From Octopus sinensis (lineage: Eukaryota): a stretch of DNA of 8,033 nucleotides. Below, piece by piece: positions 6,136-8,033 of this stretch. A program made the position numbers and the translations under genes. Every line of letters begins with the position of its first letter. The first letter of the stretch is position 1. Location: the NCBI RefSeq assembly GCF_006345805.1, contig NW_021828594.1:1-8033 (forward strand), read 5' to 3'. Under the pieces are notes generated by a model that saw nothing but the letters and a program-made list of their open reading frames with translations, did no database searches and had not been told where the DNA came from.

Positions 6136-6281
6136 ATTTCGTCTGTCGCTATGTTCTTTGTTCAAATTCTGCCGAGGTCGACTTAGCCTGTCATTCTTTC
6201 GGGGGTCGATTAATTAAGTACCAGTGGAACACTGGGGTCCATGTAATCGACTAGTCCTCTCCCCCAAGATTTCAGGCCTTT
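6136..6281 (+). mobile_element. SINE family B, copy 2 (begins at 5841-5854, interrupted by SINE C)
   Basis: GTTCAAATTCTGCCGAGGTCGACTTAGCCTGTCATTCTTTCGGGGGTCGATTAATTAAGTACCAGT...ACTGGGGTC...TAATCGACT...GGCCTT is collinear with 5678-5824. Confidence 0.85.
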
Positions 6282-6436
6282 GTTACATTCTGTCATGCTG
6301 AATCTACTTTGAGAACTACTTGAATCGCACGCATGTCTAAGGTATATTCAGCTATTCGCAGGTTAATTTTACGAGCAGGTTGTTCCTCAGTATGGATCAA
6401 CTTGAACAACTTATCATCGTATCCAGCGAAGTGCCA
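6275..6436 (+). mobile_element. Diverged 3' tail of SINE family D, fused to SINE B copy 2
   Basis: TGAATCT...GAGAACTAC...TAATTTTACGAG...TGTTCC...GGATCAACT...AGTGCCA aligns with 6685-6837. Confidence 0.75.
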
Positions 6437-6463
6437 TTTTATAAAAAATCGTGTTAATAATAT

Positions 6464-6837
6464 GTCGAGGCGCAATGGCCCAGTGGTAAAGGGAACGGAC
6501 TTGCGGTCGCAGGATCCCGGTTTCGATTCCCAGACCGGGTGTTATAAGTGTTTATTGAGCGAAAACACCTAAAGCTCCACGAGGCTCCGGCAGGTAAGAG
6601 GTGGCGAACCCTGCTGTATACTTTCACCACAACATTCTCTCCCTCTTTCTTCCATTTTCTGTTGTACCTGTAGTTCAAAGCACCGGTCTTGTGACACTCT
6701 GTGAATCTCCTCGAGAACTACGTTAAAGGTACACGTGACTGTGGAGTGCTCAGCCACTTGCACTCTAATTTCACGAGACGGCTGTTCCGTTGATCGGATT
6801 AACTGGAAACCTCGTTGTCGCAACCGACGGAGTGCTA
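6464..6837 (+). mobile_element. SINE family D, full length (head shared with family C, different tail)
   Basis: It has an A box TGGCCCAGTGG and a B box GTTTCGATTCC. The first ~190 nt are homologous to 5856-6030 and the tail is homologous to 6275-6436. Confidence 0.85.
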
Positions 6838-7279
6838 CGAATAATGATATAATTTGGATACGGATAATTTTGAAATATTATCCGGTCGTAAGGCTAAAAG
6901 TTAGAGGGCAGAGAATACTTAATCAAGCATCTATTCATATTAAAATACGCTAATAAACATTTAATACTGGTTATATTTAAATGAGCAACAGAGATTAAAG
7001 CTAGGGCAGATGAAAATGAGAGGCAAAAGGTGAAATAAGATATATAATGATAACAAGTTGATAATAATATATAATACAATTATTTATTTATGAATGCATC
7101 TGTATAATAATGAATATTTCTATTGATTGCATAATTAGCTATTATTTTAAATAGGTGGCGTTATATAAAGAAATTAGCATGATATCATTAATATATCATA
7201 TTTCAGGAATATCTTTACTTATGACTTCAGACCTAGCATCTCTTCTCATATCAGTGATCCTAAAAATTTTATTTAATTT

Positions 7280-7685
<406 letters not shown>

Positions 7686-8033
7686 TCGCGGTAACTACGA
7701 ACTTATTGTCTGAGTCCGTTTGTCTGTCTTTATGTGATCAATCGATTAATTGATCAACCAGTCAATCAATCTATATATCGATCGATAAATCTGTATGAAT
7801 GTTTGTTTTTATTAAAGCTATGAGAAAAACAAACACAAAACAAAACACAGTAACATCAAACTGAAGAATTATTCAAAACTTTTCAGTATAGAATATATTT
7901 TATATATATTTTTTATATATTCACATAAAAAATGTTGACAGTGAATTTGAAGTTTCGGTTCGATTGTCTTCGTCAGAGTCTGACAAAAGTAAGCAGAAAC
8001 TTATATATCACTTTTAACTTGTAAAAATATTAT

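Noticed and set aside
7735-7756. Inverted repeat TGATCAAT-N6-ATTGATCA
   Set aside because: Readily generated by decay of the surrounding TCAA/TCGA/TCTA simple repeats.
7943-7980. Minus-strand CUGACGA...GAAAC hammerhead-like core
   Set aside because: Both core strings are present but stems I, II and III do not pair convincingly, so it could be chance or a heavily decayed copy.

Overview
AT-rich, microsatellite-dense, non-coding animal DNA. The tRNA-derived SINE families and the TA/TATG/TATC repeat load look like an octopus (coleoid cephalopod) intron or intergenic region; this is recognition from memory, not a database result. No credible protein-coding gene is present, and every supplied ORF is a translation of simple repeats or SINEs. 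The main structure is a ~1.2 kb ORF-less insertion at 349-1546, bounded by (TA)n on both sides. It consists of a ~485-490 bp unit present as one full and one partial tandem copy, followed by an inverted partial copy. Each copy carries a type I hammerhead ribozyme fold with an unusually large stem II insertion, and a potential pseudoknot lies just upstream of it. This is the architecture of a retrozyme or Penelope-like pseudo-LTR array. Two further, apparently unrelated hammerhead-like motifs occur at 2094-2135 and 4681-4799. The rest is about ten SINE copies or fragments, including a nested, module-swapped SINE cluster at 5670-6840.
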